A DNA stretch of 35,112 bases from a virus (Duplodnaviria; Caudoviricetes): positions 1 to 35,112 of the IMG/VR virus record IMGVR_UViG_3300050196_000027, one strand, 5' to 3'. A model generated the notes under the pieces. It was not told the DNA's origin, ran no database searches, and worked only from the letters and a program-made list of their open reading frames with translations. This document shows, one piece after another, positions 1 through 8,428 of this stretch (its first letter is position 1; the number at the start of each line of letters is the position of its first letter). The translations under genes were made by a program, and so were the position numbers.

Positions 1-1167
1 AAATATATTAAAGATACTTATAATGAACTTTATTATATTTATAAATCTTTAGAAGAACTACATATCTCTGCTGATAGAGATTTTAGTCTCGATGAACTAC
101 AAGCATACTTCTATACTAAGTATCCTGACTCTGACAAAGAAACTTACAACGCTCTGTTTGAGAGACTCTACAAGGAAGAAATTGGTGAGGATGTAGGGGA
201 TACCCTACTTGCTTCAATTAAGCGCCGTAAAGAGGCTCTAGAGCTTTCCCAGGTGCTGTTGAGAGTAGGACAGGGGCATGAGGTTAAAGAAGGCTGGCAA
301 CAGAGAGTCATTGAGTTTACTAATGAGGACGATCATAAAAAAGTAGATGAACTAAAAATCATCACCACAGATTTAGAAGAACTAATTCATGCTACCTATC
401 AAGACCAGGGTGTACGTTGGCGTCTTAATTGTCTTAACAAAAGTCTCGGCAGCCTGCGTAAAGGCGATTTTGGATTCATCTTCGCTAGACCGGAAACAGG
501 CAAGACTACTTTCCTCGCTTCTGAGACTACAAGCTTCATATCAAACTCTTCTGAATCAGTAGTTTGGTTTAATAACGAGGAGCAAGGTAACAAGGTAATG
601 ATTAGAATTTATCAGGCTTACTTTGGTGTAACGCTTGATGTTCTAATGGCCAATGTTGGCAAGTTTAAAAAGGCATTTAATGAGCAAGTTGGTGAAAGAT
701 TTCAACTGTATGACTCCGCCACTATCTCAAGAAGAGAAGTGGAGAAGGTTGTGCAACGAGTACAGCCAAGTATCGTCATTTATGACCAAATCGACAAAAT
801 TAAAGGATTTAACGCCGATAGAGAAGATTTACGCTTGGGAACTATCTATCAATGGGCTAGAGAACTTGCTAAGGGAAGTCATGCCGCCATTGGAGTATGC
901 CAAGCTGACGGAACAGCAGAAGGTGTACGTTACCTTACTATGGAACACGTTGCCAATGCTAAAACGGCTAAACAGGCAGAGGCAGATTGGATTTTAGGTA
1001 TTGGTAAGGTGCATGATGACAACCTTCAGAAAGTTCGCTACCTAAACATCAGTAAGAATAAGCTATTTGGGGACCCCGATAGTATTTCTGAACTTAAGCA
1101 TGGACACTTTGAGTGTCTCATTGCTGCTGACATTGCACGATATGAGGATGTTGTAACTTATGCATAA
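1..1167 (+). CDS. DnaB-like (SF4) replicative helicase, 5'-truncated by the window edge
   Basis: Frame 1 is open from base 1 (KYIKDTYNELYY...), so the real start lies upstream of the window. Walker A ARPETGKT, Walker B IVIYDQID, and SF4 motifs VCQA and AEADWILGIG. Confidence 0.9.
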   Translation, partial: KYIKDTYNELYYIYKSLEELHISADRDFSLDELQAYFYTKYPDSDKETYNALFERLYKEEIGEDVGDTLLASIKRRKEALELSQVLLRVGQGHEVKEGWQQRVIEFTNEDDHKKVDELKIITTDLEELIHATYQDQGVRWRLNCLNKSLGSLRKGDFGFIFARPETGKTTFLASETTSFISNSSESVVWFNNEEQGNKVMIRIYQAYFGVTLDVLMANVGKFKKAFNEQVGERFQLYDSATISRREVEKVVQRVQPSIVIYDQIDKIKGFNADREDLRLGTIYQWARELAKGSHAAIGVCQADGTAEGVRYLTMEHVANAKTAKQAEADWILGIGKVHDDNLQKVRYLNISKNKLFGDPDSISELKHGHFECLIAADIARYEDVVTYA

Positions 1168-2353
1168 TACAGTAACCCTTGATTTTGAGACAACCACTGC
1201 TAACAAGGGGCACCCGTTTACACCATCTAACTATCCAGTAAGCTATTCCATTAAGGTAAATAATGGTACTACGACCTTCCACTATTTTACAGAGCCTGAC
1301 TTCCTCACATGTCTTCGTAGTGAACTTTCTAAGTGTAATTTGCTCGTTTGTGCTAATGGTAAGTTTGAGCTTCTATGGCTATTTAGGCTTGGTATTAGGT
1401 TGCCTGCAGACTGTGATATTTTTGATGTTCTTCTCGCAGAACACATCATTACGGGACAAGAGGCTGTTATGGCTTCTTTGGATGAAGTGTTGTCCTCTTA
1501 TGGCCTCCCCCCCAAACAAGATAAAGTTAAAGAATACTGGTCTGTCGGAGTAGATACACCAGATATTCCTAAATACATTCTTGAGGAGTACAATAACACA
1601 GATGTAGAAAATACGTATGAGCTTTTTAACACACAAGTTACAATTAGCACGGCACAATCTCATAAGCTTATATTGGTCTCTGGGAAAGATACCATTGCCC
1701 TTGCAGAAGCAGAGTTTAATGGGATTAAGTTTAACCAAGAGAGAGCTAATCAAGTTGTTCAGCAGTATGGGGATACCCTACTTGATTTTCAACAAGAGCT
1801 AGCTACATACCTTCCAGTAGAACTTCCAGAAACTTGCAAGTTTAACTGGGATTCTGGAGATCAGCTTTCTTGTCTCCTATATGGAGGGTCAATTGAGTTT
1901 GAGTGGAGAACGGAAGATTGGGCTGAATACAAATCTGGTTCCAGAAAAGGGGAGAAATATCTTAAAGGGACATGGCACTCCCATGTACAGGATTTCCCAA
2001 AACGCTTTAACCCCCTTGAGGGTACAAAGGTTAAGAAAAGTCAAGAGGAATTCTACACAGGTGGAACAATCTACTATCAAGTGGATGACCCCACACTTAA
2101 GCAACTTAAAACTCGTAGAAATGAAGACAAAAGACTGTTGGAAATTTTAGATAAAACAGCAAAACTCACTAAGGTTATCTCCATGATTGATACTTTTAAT
2201 AAGTGCTTTAGAGACCTTCAATGGGAAGACAACATGGTACATGGTCAGTTTAACCAAAACATTGCTAGAACAGGGCGTTTAAGCTCTTCTAAACCCAATC
2301 TTCAGAACACCTCACCTGAGGTTGACCAACTTCTTGTAAGTAGATATGACTAA
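1160..2353 (+). CDS. polA: DNA polymerase family A, N-terminal part (3'-5' exonuclease plus thumb)
   Basis: ExoI LDFETT, ExoII-like NGKFE, ExoIII YNNTD, FNWDSGDQL, and the PolA motif ARTGRLSSSKPNLQN near the C-terminus. Confidence 0.9.
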   Translation: MHNTVTLDFETTTANKGHPFTPSNYPVSYSIKVNNGTTTFHYFTEPDFLTCLRSELSKCNLLVCANGKFELLWLFRLGIRLPADCDIFDVLLAEHIITGQEAVMASLDEVLSSYGLPPKQDKVKEYWSVGVDTPDIPKYILEEYNNTDVENTYELFNTQVTISTAQSHKLILVSGKDTIALAEAEFNGIKFNQERANQVVQQYGDTLLDFQQELATYLPVELPETCKFNWDSGDQLSCLLYGGSIEFEWRTEDWAEYKSGSRKGEKYLKGTWHSHVQDFPKRFNPLEGTKVKKSQEEFYTGGTIYYQVDDPTLKQLKTRRNEDKRLLEILDKTAKLTKVISMIDTFNKCFRDLQWEDNMVHGQFNQNIARTGRLSSSKPNLQNTSPEVDQLLVSRYD

Positions 2354-3055
2354 ATGCTTATCAATGCTGACGTAAAAGGACTTGAACTTGTAGCAGCAGC
2401 AGACCTTTCAAAAGACCCAATCTTAAGTCAAGAAATTATAAATAAGTTTGATACCCATGCTGATAATCAAGCTAGGTTTAACTTACCTGCAAGAGTAACT
2501 GCTAAGATTTTCGTCTTTAAACTACTATATGGTGGTAGTGACTATGGCTTCTCCATGGATGCAGACTTTCTGCACATGGGTTATAGTAGAAAACAGTGGG
2601 CAGAAGTAATTGAAGCTTTCTACACCAAGTATAAAGGTATCAAGAAATGGCACGATAGTCTACTTGAAACTGCCATGCGGCAGGGATACATAGAAATCCC
2701 TAGTGGCCGCTATTTCAACTTTAGACCCACTAATGGTAGGTGGCCCATTACTACTATTAAGAACTACCCAGTTCAAGGTTGGGGTGCCGACCTGGTGATG
2801 TTGGCTCGTATTGAGCTTATGAGGAGACTAAGAGAGTCTGACATTGAGGCAAAATTTATTTGTACTGTCCACGACTCTTTAGTAGTTGACACACTAGAGA
2901 AAAATGTGTATACTATTAGTATGATGTTAAAAGAAAGCATTGAAGCAGTTCCATTGTTGTGTAAAAGCACCTTTGGGTATGCTATGCAGCTTCCTTTAAC
3001 TTGCGAAATTCAAGCCGGTCCCAATAAAAGGGATATGGAAGAAATTAAACTGTAA
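2354..3055 (+). CDS. polA: DNA polymerase family A, C-terminal part (palm/fingers)
   Basis: Motif A NADVKGLE, motif B RVTAKIFVFKLLYG, NYPVQG, motif C TVHDS. Confidence 0.92.
   Translation: MLINADVKGLELVAAADLSKDPILSQEIINKFDTHADNQARFNLPARVTAKIFVFKLLYGGSDYGFSMDADFLHMGYSRKQWAEVIEAFYTKYKGIKKWHDSLLETAMRQGYIEIPSGRYFNFRPTNGRWPITTIKNYPVQGWGADLVMLARIELMRRLRESDIEAKFICTVHDSLVVDTLEKNVYTISMMLKESIEAVPLLCKSTFGYAMQLPLTCEIQAGPNKRDMEEIKL
2886..2914 (+). promoter_or_regulatory. Sigma70-type promoter inside the polymerase CDS
   Basis: TTGACA (2886-2891), 17-bp spacer, TATACT (2909-2914); about 140 nt upstream of tRNA-Gly. Confidence 0.7.
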
Positions 3056-3056
3056 T

Positions 3057-3130
3057 GCGGGGTTGGCATATTGGTTGTGTCCTAGCCTTCCAAGCTAGTC
3101 AAGGGAGTTCGATTCTCCCACTCCGCTCCA
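3057..3130 (+). tRNA. tRNA-Gly (anticodon TCC)
   Basis: Acceptor stem GCGGGGT/ACTCCGC, anticodon arm CTAGC-CTTCCAA-GCTAG, T arm GGGAG-TTCGATT-CTCCC, encoded 3' TCCA. Confidence 0.95.
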
Positions 3131-3143
3131 AATAAGGAAAATA

Positions 3144-3671
3144 ATGTCATTTAAGATTGTTCTACAAGAGTTTGTAGTAGAGAAGATTCAAAAGGGTAAG
3201 ACCAGCTATGAAAAGGGTGTAGCAACCTACACTTTCAATGGGGCTAATAAGACCCAAACTCTGGTTAGCTTTGCTAATCCTGATGTATTTAAGACACTTA
3301 AGACTGTTCCATCTGGTACTAGTCTAGTTGTTGATACCACTAAGAATGATGCAGGCTATGACCAATGGTCAAAGGTATCTGTAGAGGGTACAGAAGCCCC
3401 TTCTAAGGGCTCTACCGCTAGTCCTGCTACTCGGGTAGCAGGTAGTAATTATGAGACTCCTGAAGAGCGTAAGCAACGCCAGTTGCTAATTGTTAAGCAG
3501 AGTTCCATCACTAATGCTATATCCATGTTAACTCCTGGTGCAAAGTCCTCTCTTAAGAAGGAAGATGTTTTAGAACTTGCTCAAGAGCTTGTTGACTTTG
3601 TATATGGTGTTGATGATCTAATTGGTATTGATAACCCAGCCGTTGGCCGTGACATGGCAGCGGAAGCTTAA
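3144..3671 (+). CDS. Phage protein, putative single-stranded DNA-binding protein
   Basis: TAAGGA SD; beta-rich N-terminal domain, flexible linker and acidic tail; lies next to the polymerase. Function is inferred only. Confidence 0.5.
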   Translation: MSFKIVLQEFVVEKIQKGKTSYEKGVATYTFNGANKTQTLVSFANPDVFKTLKTVPSGTSLVVDTTKNDAGYDQWSKVSVEGTEAPSKGSTASPATRVAGSNYETPEERKQRQLLIVKQSSITNAISMLTPGAKSSLKKEDVLELAQELVDFVYGVDDLIGIDNPAVGRDMAAEA

Positions 3672-3897
3672 TTTCAATAAGGACGGGACATATGTATGTA
3701 AATACAGTTTCTCGTCCTTTCTAATCTCCCCTGGGGACTTCGTTGAAACCTTCCCCATGTCTTTTGAAGATAGGGAGAGACTAAAAAAAGCAGCACATGC
3801 TTGGGCATATAGGAAAAATTGTCGAATTACTATGAAGACATTTTTTGGTATGGGTGGTAGGTGCTGTCGTATTACACTCGTGAGAAACTATAGATGA
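3622..3897 (+). CDS. Hypothetical protein (start uncertain)
   Basis: Fills the gap between genes, and its stop overlaps the next ATG (ATGA). Confidence 0.5.
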   Translation: MVLITQPLAVTWQRKLNFNKDGTYVCKYSFSSFLISPGDFVETFPMSFEDRERLKKAAHAWAYRKNCRITMKTFFGMGGRCCRITLVRNYR

Positions 3898-4253
3898 GTT
3901 TCCGTATTGCTGAGAAGCAAGCAAAGAAAAGCTCCTTTCTAAAGCATAGAGTAGGGGCTGTTATCATGAAAGGTTCCCGTGTCATATCAACAGGATTCAA
4001 TAGTATTAGATACAATAGATTTTCTAAAAGACCGACTGCTCACGCTGAAGCAGCAGCGATTACCAACCTTCTTCGCCAAGGTCGTATGGATGATCTATGT
4101 AATTCGGACATTTATGTTACTAGGTTTACTAAGTCTGGTAATGTCAGTTGTGCTGCTCCTTGCATTCATTGTCGCGAGCTTATACAAGCTGTGGGTATTA
4201 GGAAAATCTTTTACACAGACTTTGATGGTAAAGTACAAGAAGTAAGAGTATGA
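3894..4253 (+). CDS. Zn-dependent cytidine/dCMP deaminase family protein
   Basis: VGAVI, STGFN, HAE and PCxxC (APCIHC) motifs. Confidence 0.85.
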   Translation: MSFRIAEKQAKKSSFLKHRVGAVIMKGSRVISTGFNSIRYNRFSKRPTAHAEAAAITNLLRQGRMDDLCNSDIYVTRFTKSGNVSCAAPCIHCRELIQAVGIRKIFYTDFDGKVQEVRV

Positions 4254-4924
4254 GAGCCTTAATTGATGGTGATTTGGTAGCCTTTAGATGTGCAGCAAGT
4301 GCTGAAGGAGAATCTGAGGCGTGGATTGCTTGTGCAAGAGCAGAGGCCTTCATTGATGAAATTATTACAGCCTGTGTAGCCTCTGAGTATGAAGTATGGC
4401 TCTCTGGTTCAAGTAACTTCAGATATAAAATCTACCCAGAATATAAAGCCAACCGACAAGGTGGTTATCGCCCTAAGTGGGAACAAGAAGTAAGAGAGTT
4501 TCTAAGAACTACACATAATGCTCAAACTATTGACAACGCTGAAGCAGACGATGCTATGGGAGCTAGACAAGCTTCGGATGGGTCTACTATTATTGTTACC
4601 AACGATAAAGACCTTAAACAAATTAAAGGACTACACTATGATCCCGTTAAGAAAGTCCTTTTCACCATTACACCTGAAGAAGCTACTTATTGGTTTTATT
4701 ATCAGATGCTCATTGGCGATGCCGTTGACAACATCAAGGGAGTCTCGGGCATCGGTCCCAAAAAGGCTACAGCTATCCTCGCCAATTGTAATAGTGAGGA
4801 AGAAATGAAACAAGCTGTTCTAGATTGCTATAGCTGTGAAGAAGAATATCTTCTGAATGCTAAATGTCTATGGATTTGGCATAAGGAGGATGATGAGTAC
4901 ACAATGGACTCAGGGACGAATTAA
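4250..4924 (+). CDS. 5'-3' exonuclease / flap endonuclease (T7 gp6-like)
   Basis: LIDGD, YKANR, EADD, NDKDLKQI and the H3TH motif GDAVDNIKGVSGIGPKKA. Confidence 0.92.
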   Translation: MRALIDGDLVAFRCAASAEGESEAWIACARAEAFIDEIITACVASEYEVWLSGSSNFRYKIYPEYKANRQGGYRPKWEQEVREFLRTTHNAQTIDNAEADDAMGARQASDGSTIIVTNDKDLKQIKGLHYDPVKKVLFTITPEEATYWFYYQMLIGDAVDNIKGVSGIGPKKATAILANCNSEEEMKQAVLDCYSCEEEYLLNAKCLWIWHKEDDEYTMDSGTN

Positions 4925-5276
4925 TGCTTTTATTATGTCTGTTTTACGCTCTGGTACTCGTCGTTGGCCTCCAAAGTGGGCTGTGCTGGAGACTAGCAAG
5001 ACAGAAAAGAAAGTTAACAGTAAAACTGGAAGACTTGCTCAACACTACAAATGTGCTTCCTGTACAAACGAATTCACAAGTAAAGACATTGAGGTCGATC
5101 ACATCAAACCAGTTGTCCCAGAAACTGGATTTGTAAGTTGGGATGATGTTATTAAAAATCTTTTTTGTGGAGAGGATAATCTACAGGTATTATGTACTAC
5201 CTGTCACAAAAAGAAAAGTAAAGAAGAAACTAAACTAAGGAAGAATAATAATGAAAATCGAAGTTCCAGTGCGTAA
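4893..5276 (+). CDS. HNH endonuclease
   Basis: CASC...EVDHIKP...NLQVLCTTCHKKK; TAAGGAGG lies just upstream of ATG 4890/4893. Confidence 0.85.
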   Translation: MSTQWTQGRINAFIMSVLRSGTRRWPPKWAVLETSKTEKKVNSKTGRLAQHYKCASCTNEFTSKDIEVDHIKPVVPETGFVSWDDVIKNLFCGEDNLQVLCTTCHKKKSKEETKLRKNNNENRSSSA

Positions 5277-5433
5277 TGAAGACGGCTCTCTTGCCTTTAC
5301 TGCAACCATGAATGAAAAGGAAGTACAGGCTGTTTTACAGTTTGGACTTAACATGGCAACTGCTATGGGAATTACATCCCAACTACTTTCACCAGATAGT
5401 CTAATTGTGGAGCATGAAGGTCTTGCAAACTAA
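5251..5433 (+). CDS. Hypothetical protein (60 aa)
   Basis: ATG start; overlaps both neighbours in the operon. Confidence 0.65.
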   Translation: MKIEVPVRNEDGSLAFTATMNEKEVQAVLQFGLNMATAMGITSQLLSPDSLIVEHEGLAN

Positions 5434-6229
5434 AACACATTTAGTTATCCCTGATGTACAGGTTAAGCCAGGGAATGACTTAGCTTTTTTGACTAACATT
5501 GGTAAATATATTGTTGAAAAAAAGCCTGATACTGTGGTATGCATCGGGGATTTTGCGGATATGCCTAGCCTCAGTAGTTACGATATTGGTAAAAAGAGCT
5601 TTGAAGGACGAAGATATAAGGCTGACATTGATGCAACACATGCAGCTATGGTGGCTCTACTATCTCCTCTTTGGGAGTTTAACAACAAGGCTAAAAAAGG
5701 ACATAGAGAACGCTACAATCCTAACTTGGTACTCACCTTGGGCAATCACGAAGACCGCATTTCTAGGGTCATTAATGGTGATCCCAAGCTTGAGGGTACC
5801 ATCGGACTATCTGATTTAAAATACAAGGAATTTGGATGGGATGTTTACCCTTTTCTTGAGCCTGTTGTCATTGATGGCATTTGCTATTCCCATTACTTTG
5901 TTACGGGGGTTGCTGGAAGACCTTCCACTACGGCTCAAGCTCAGCTTTCAAAGCAGCATATGTCTTGTATTGCAGGGCATCAACAAGGTTTACAAATTGC
6001 TACGGATCACAGGGCAGATGGAAAAAGACTAACCTCCATTATTGCTGGTAGCTGTTATGAGCATAATGAAGACTATCTAGGATTCCAAGGGAATAGACAC
6101 TGGAGAGGTTTTCTTATGTTACATGAAGTAAATGATGGCCAATTTGACTTAATGCCAGTTAGTTTAAATTATATTAATAATAAGTATGCCCAGGTACTAA
6201 AAATTATTGGGGACCAAAGAAATGACTAA
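5414..6229 (+). CDS. Calcineurin-like metallophosphoesterase
   Basis: IPDVQ, IGDFAD, LGNHE, YSH and AGHQQ motifs; start uncertain (5405, 5414 or 5423). Confidence 0.85.
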   Translation: MKVLQTKTHLVIPDVQVKPGNDLAFLTNIGKYIVEKKPDTVVCIGDFADMPSLSSYDIGKKSFEGRRYKADIDATHAAMVALLSPLWEFNNKAKKGHRERYNPNLVLTLGNHEDRISRVINGDPKLEGTIGLSDLKYKEFGWDVYPFLEPVVIDGICYSHYFVTGVAGRPSTTAQAQLSKQHMSCIAGHQQGLQIATDHRADGKRLTSIIAGSCYEHNEDYLGFQGNRHWRGFLMLHEVNDGQFDLMPVSLNYINNKYAQVLKIIGDQRND

Positions 6230-6503
6230 CGATTTTTTAAAGGACTGCCAAATTGTACATAAATCCACTGCTAATGACACTCAAATTGGTGGAGAACACT
6301 ATAAGCAATTTAAAGGTATGGAACCATGGGATGTTATTACAGGATGGAATCTAGGTTATCTTGATGGTACTGCTTTAAAATATATTTCCAGATGGAAGCA
6401 TAAGGGCGGTGTAGAAGATTTGAAGAAGGCCATCCACTTTCTCCAAAAAGCTGTGGAGGTCTATGGACAAGAATCTAATTACCCGACTAAGACAACTGGA
6501 TGA
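6222..6503 (+). CDS. DUF3310 (T7 gp1.7-like) protein
   Basis: QIGGEHY...EPWDVI...GTALKYISRWKHKGGVEDLKKA pattern. Confidence 0.8.
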   Translation: MTNDFLKDCQIVHKSTANDTQIGGEHYKQFKGMEPWDVITGWNLGYLDGTALKYISRWKHKGGVEDLKKAIHFLQKAVEVYGQESNYPTKTTG

Positions 6504-6627
6504 AGTGACTCTACTGGAGCTATTAAATATTGATAGCTCCATGCTTGTAGATGCTTTCCTAGATATCATTGATGAAAAAGAAGACCTACTATATGGGAAA
6601 TTTGGTGAAGAAGAAGTTGAAGAATAA
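6463..6627 (+). CDS. Small acidic hypothetical protein (54 aa), absent from the ORF track
   Basis: Manual translation MDKNLITRLRQLDEVTLLELLNIDSSMLVDAFLDIIDEKEDLLYGKFGEEEVEE; GGAGG just upstream; fills the gap. Confidence 0.7.
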   Translation: MDKNLITRLRQLDEVTLLELLNIDSSMLVDAFLDIIDEKEDLLYGKFGEEEVEE

Positions 6628-6631
6628 AGAC

Positions 6632-6793
6632 ATGGATGAAACTATTTTCTCTAAAAATTTTGGAGAAAACATTCGTTATCGTAAACGACTTATTGAAGAG
6701 CGTGAATCACGTATGGCTCGTGAAGATGCATTAAGAGACATTGAGGAAGATATTCAGAATGAAAATCGTAAAACAGAACGTAGACCTTATTGA
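6632..6793 (+). CDS. Small hypothetical protein (53 aa)
   Basis: MDETIFSKNFGENIRYRKR...; starts 4 nt after the previous stop. Confidence 0.55.
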   Translation: MDETIFSKNFGENIRYRKRLIEERESRMAREDALRDIEEDIQNENRKTERRPY

Positions 6794-7445
6794 CCATATG
6801 GGCAGTGACCTTAGCGTTGTTAACGCAGCGCGGGTTAGCTTTGATAAAGAGAGTGAATGGGAAGTTGTCCCCGGTAAAGAGAGGTTTGAGAAGAATAGCT
6901 TTACTCTCTCTGAGAAAGATCAAAAGCTCCTTAACTATTTAGCCAAGCATAACCATTGGAGTCCTTTTGCCCATACCAGTCTCCAGTTCCGCATTAAGGC
7001 TCCTATCTTCGTTGCACGCCAATTGGTAAAACATCAAGTAGGTGGTGTATGGAATGAAGTTAGCCGGCGTTATGTGGACTCTGAGCCTGAATTTTACTTC
7101 CCTGATGTATGGCGTGGTAAGCCGGACAATGCAAAGCAGGGTAGTTCTGGATTAATGGATGACCAGGAAGGGTGGACGTTTGACTTTGAAAATCAAACTA
7201 AATATGCCCTCTCTCTGTATGAAGCTGCTATTGAACACGGCATGGCTCCTGAGCAGGCCCGTATGATTTTGCCACAGAACACTATGACTGAATGGATTTG
7301 GACTGGTTCCCTAATGTTCTTTGCTAGAGTATGTAAGCAACGCTTGGATGCTCATGCTCAACAGGAAACACAAGAAATTGCACAATTGATTAATGCAAGT
7401 ATTCCTAAAGAATATGAGTATAGCTGGAAGGCTTTAACACAATGA
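6759..7445 (+). CDS. thyX: Flavin-dependent thymidylate synthase
   Basis: VVNAARVSF, HWSPF, RQLVKHQ...NEVSRRY, ARMILP and RLDAHAQ.E motifs. Confidence 0.95.
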   Translation: MKIVKQNVDLIDHMGSDLSVVNAARVSFDKESEWEVVPGKERFEKNSFTLSEKDQKLLNYLAKHNHWSPFAHTSLQFRIKAPIFVARQLVKHQVGGVWNEVSRRYVDSEPEFYFPDVWRGKPDNAKQGSSGLMDDQEGWTFDFENQTKYALSLYEAAIEHGMAPEQARMILPQNTMTEWIWTGSLMFFARVCKQRLDAHAQQETQEIAQLINASIPKEYEYSWKALTQ

Positions 7446-7540
7446 GACGAGTGACTCTATTTGATTGGTTACTTGAACTAAGTAATGTTCAACATAAGCC
7501 TTCCTTATGGGAAAGATTTTTAAACCTATTTAACAAATGA
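7442..7540 (+). CDS. 32-aa microprotein, absent from the ORF track
   Basis: MRRVTLFDWLLELSNVQHKPSLWERFLNLFNK; ATGA overlaps at both ends. Confidence 0.6.
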   Translation: MRRVTLFDWLLELSNVQHKPSLWERFLNLFNK

Positions 7541-7851
7541 ATAACACACAATATCAAGATGAAATTAGAAAGTTTAGACTACCTACTTACAATGCGGAAG
7601 CCGCTGTGCTGGGGCTATTGGCCGAGACCGGTGAGGTGGCTGGTGTATTTAATCGTCTTATTAGAGGTGACTATGATGCTGACACTGCTGCTAACAAGCT
7701 CCATTACGAGCTTGGTGATGTACTGTGGAACATCGCTGCTATTTGTAATGACAATGGTTGGACTCTTGAAGAGGTAATGAAAAGTAACATTGAAAAATTA
7801 GCTGGCAGACATTTACGTAATACCATCTTAGGTGAGGGCGACCTACGTTGA
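7537..7851 (+). CDS. MazG-like NTP pyrophosphohydrolase
   Basis: LGLLAETGEV...ELGDVLW...NIEKL..R pattern. Confidence 0.85.
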   Translation: MNNTQYQDEIRKFRLPTYNAEAAVLGLLAETGEVAGVFNRLIRGDYDADTAANKLHYELGDVLWNIAAICNDNGWTLEEVMKSNIEKLAGRHLRNTILGEGDLR

Positions 7852-8195
7852 AGGTAATTATTGCCGGTAGTAGGGATGGGTTTGTGGCTAAGAATGTTTT
7901 TGAGGCCGTTGAAGAGTCCCCGTTCTATGGAAAAATTACAGAGGTAGTTTCTGGTGGAGCTAGAGGAGTTGATAGGGATGGAGAATCTTTTGCCAAATTA
8001 AACCATCTACCTATTAAACTATTTCAACCAGACTGGGATAAGTACAAAAATTCTGCTGGGATGCTTCGTAATATCGAAATGGCAGAGTATGCAGATGCTT
8101 TAGTTGCTATATGGGATGGTAAATCACCAGGTACTAAACAAATGATTACCATTATGAAGTCCAAGAATAAACCCGTTTATATTCATCAACGATAA
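7848..8195 (+). CDS. SLOG superfamily (YspA/DUF2493-like) protein
   Basis: VIIAGSR, VVSGGARGVD, AGMLRN.EMA and WDGKSPGT motifs. Confidence 0.85.
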   Translation: MKVIIAGSRDGFVAKNVFEAVEESPFYGKITEVVSGGARGVDRDGESFAKLNHLPIKLFQPDWDKYKNSAGMLRNIEMAEYADALVAIWDGKSPGTKQMITIMKSKNKPVYIHQR

Positions 8196-8428
8196 TGCAT
8201 CCACTATACTTGAATGACTTCCTAACTCAACTTATTTCTAATAACAATAGTGACATGGAATTCTTAACACAAGGACTTCATGGAGTCTATAATGCTGTTA
8301 GTAAAAAGGATAGTATTGCTCTACAACAGTTTATGGCAGAGGTTTCTCGTCAAGCTGTTTTTTACAGAGATTCACTTCAACAACTAGAAAACGAATTAGA
8401 AAAGATTCATAAAAAGAATGATTATTAA
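8195..8428 (+). CDS. Hypothetical protein
   Basis: TAATG coupling to the upstream gene. Confidence 0.6.
   Translation: MHPLYLNDFLTQLISNNNSDMEFLTQGLHGVYNAVSKKDSIALQQFMAEVSRQAVFYRDSLQQLENELEKIHKKNDY

Noticed and set aside
253-255. GTG start for the helicase given by the ORF track
   Set aside because: The frame is open back to base 1 with protein-like sequence, so the true start is outside the window.
2351-3130. tRNA next to the split polymerase acting as a suppressor, or genome-wide stop-codon recoding
   Set aside because: The anticodon is TCC (Gly), and TAA and TGA end many ordinary genes here. Other genes are not fragmented.
3393-3413. GCCCCTT-CT-AAGGGC hairpin
   Set aside because: It is inside a CDS, imperfect and lacks a U tract.
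4857-5276. HNH gene as marker of a group I intron or mobile element
   Set aside because: The flanking genes are intact and overlap it directly, leaving no room for intron structure.
6375-6631. ORF-track calls 6375..6569 (-) and the 6569 start
   Set aside because: The region is better explained by + strand genes at 6463-6627 and 6632-6793.
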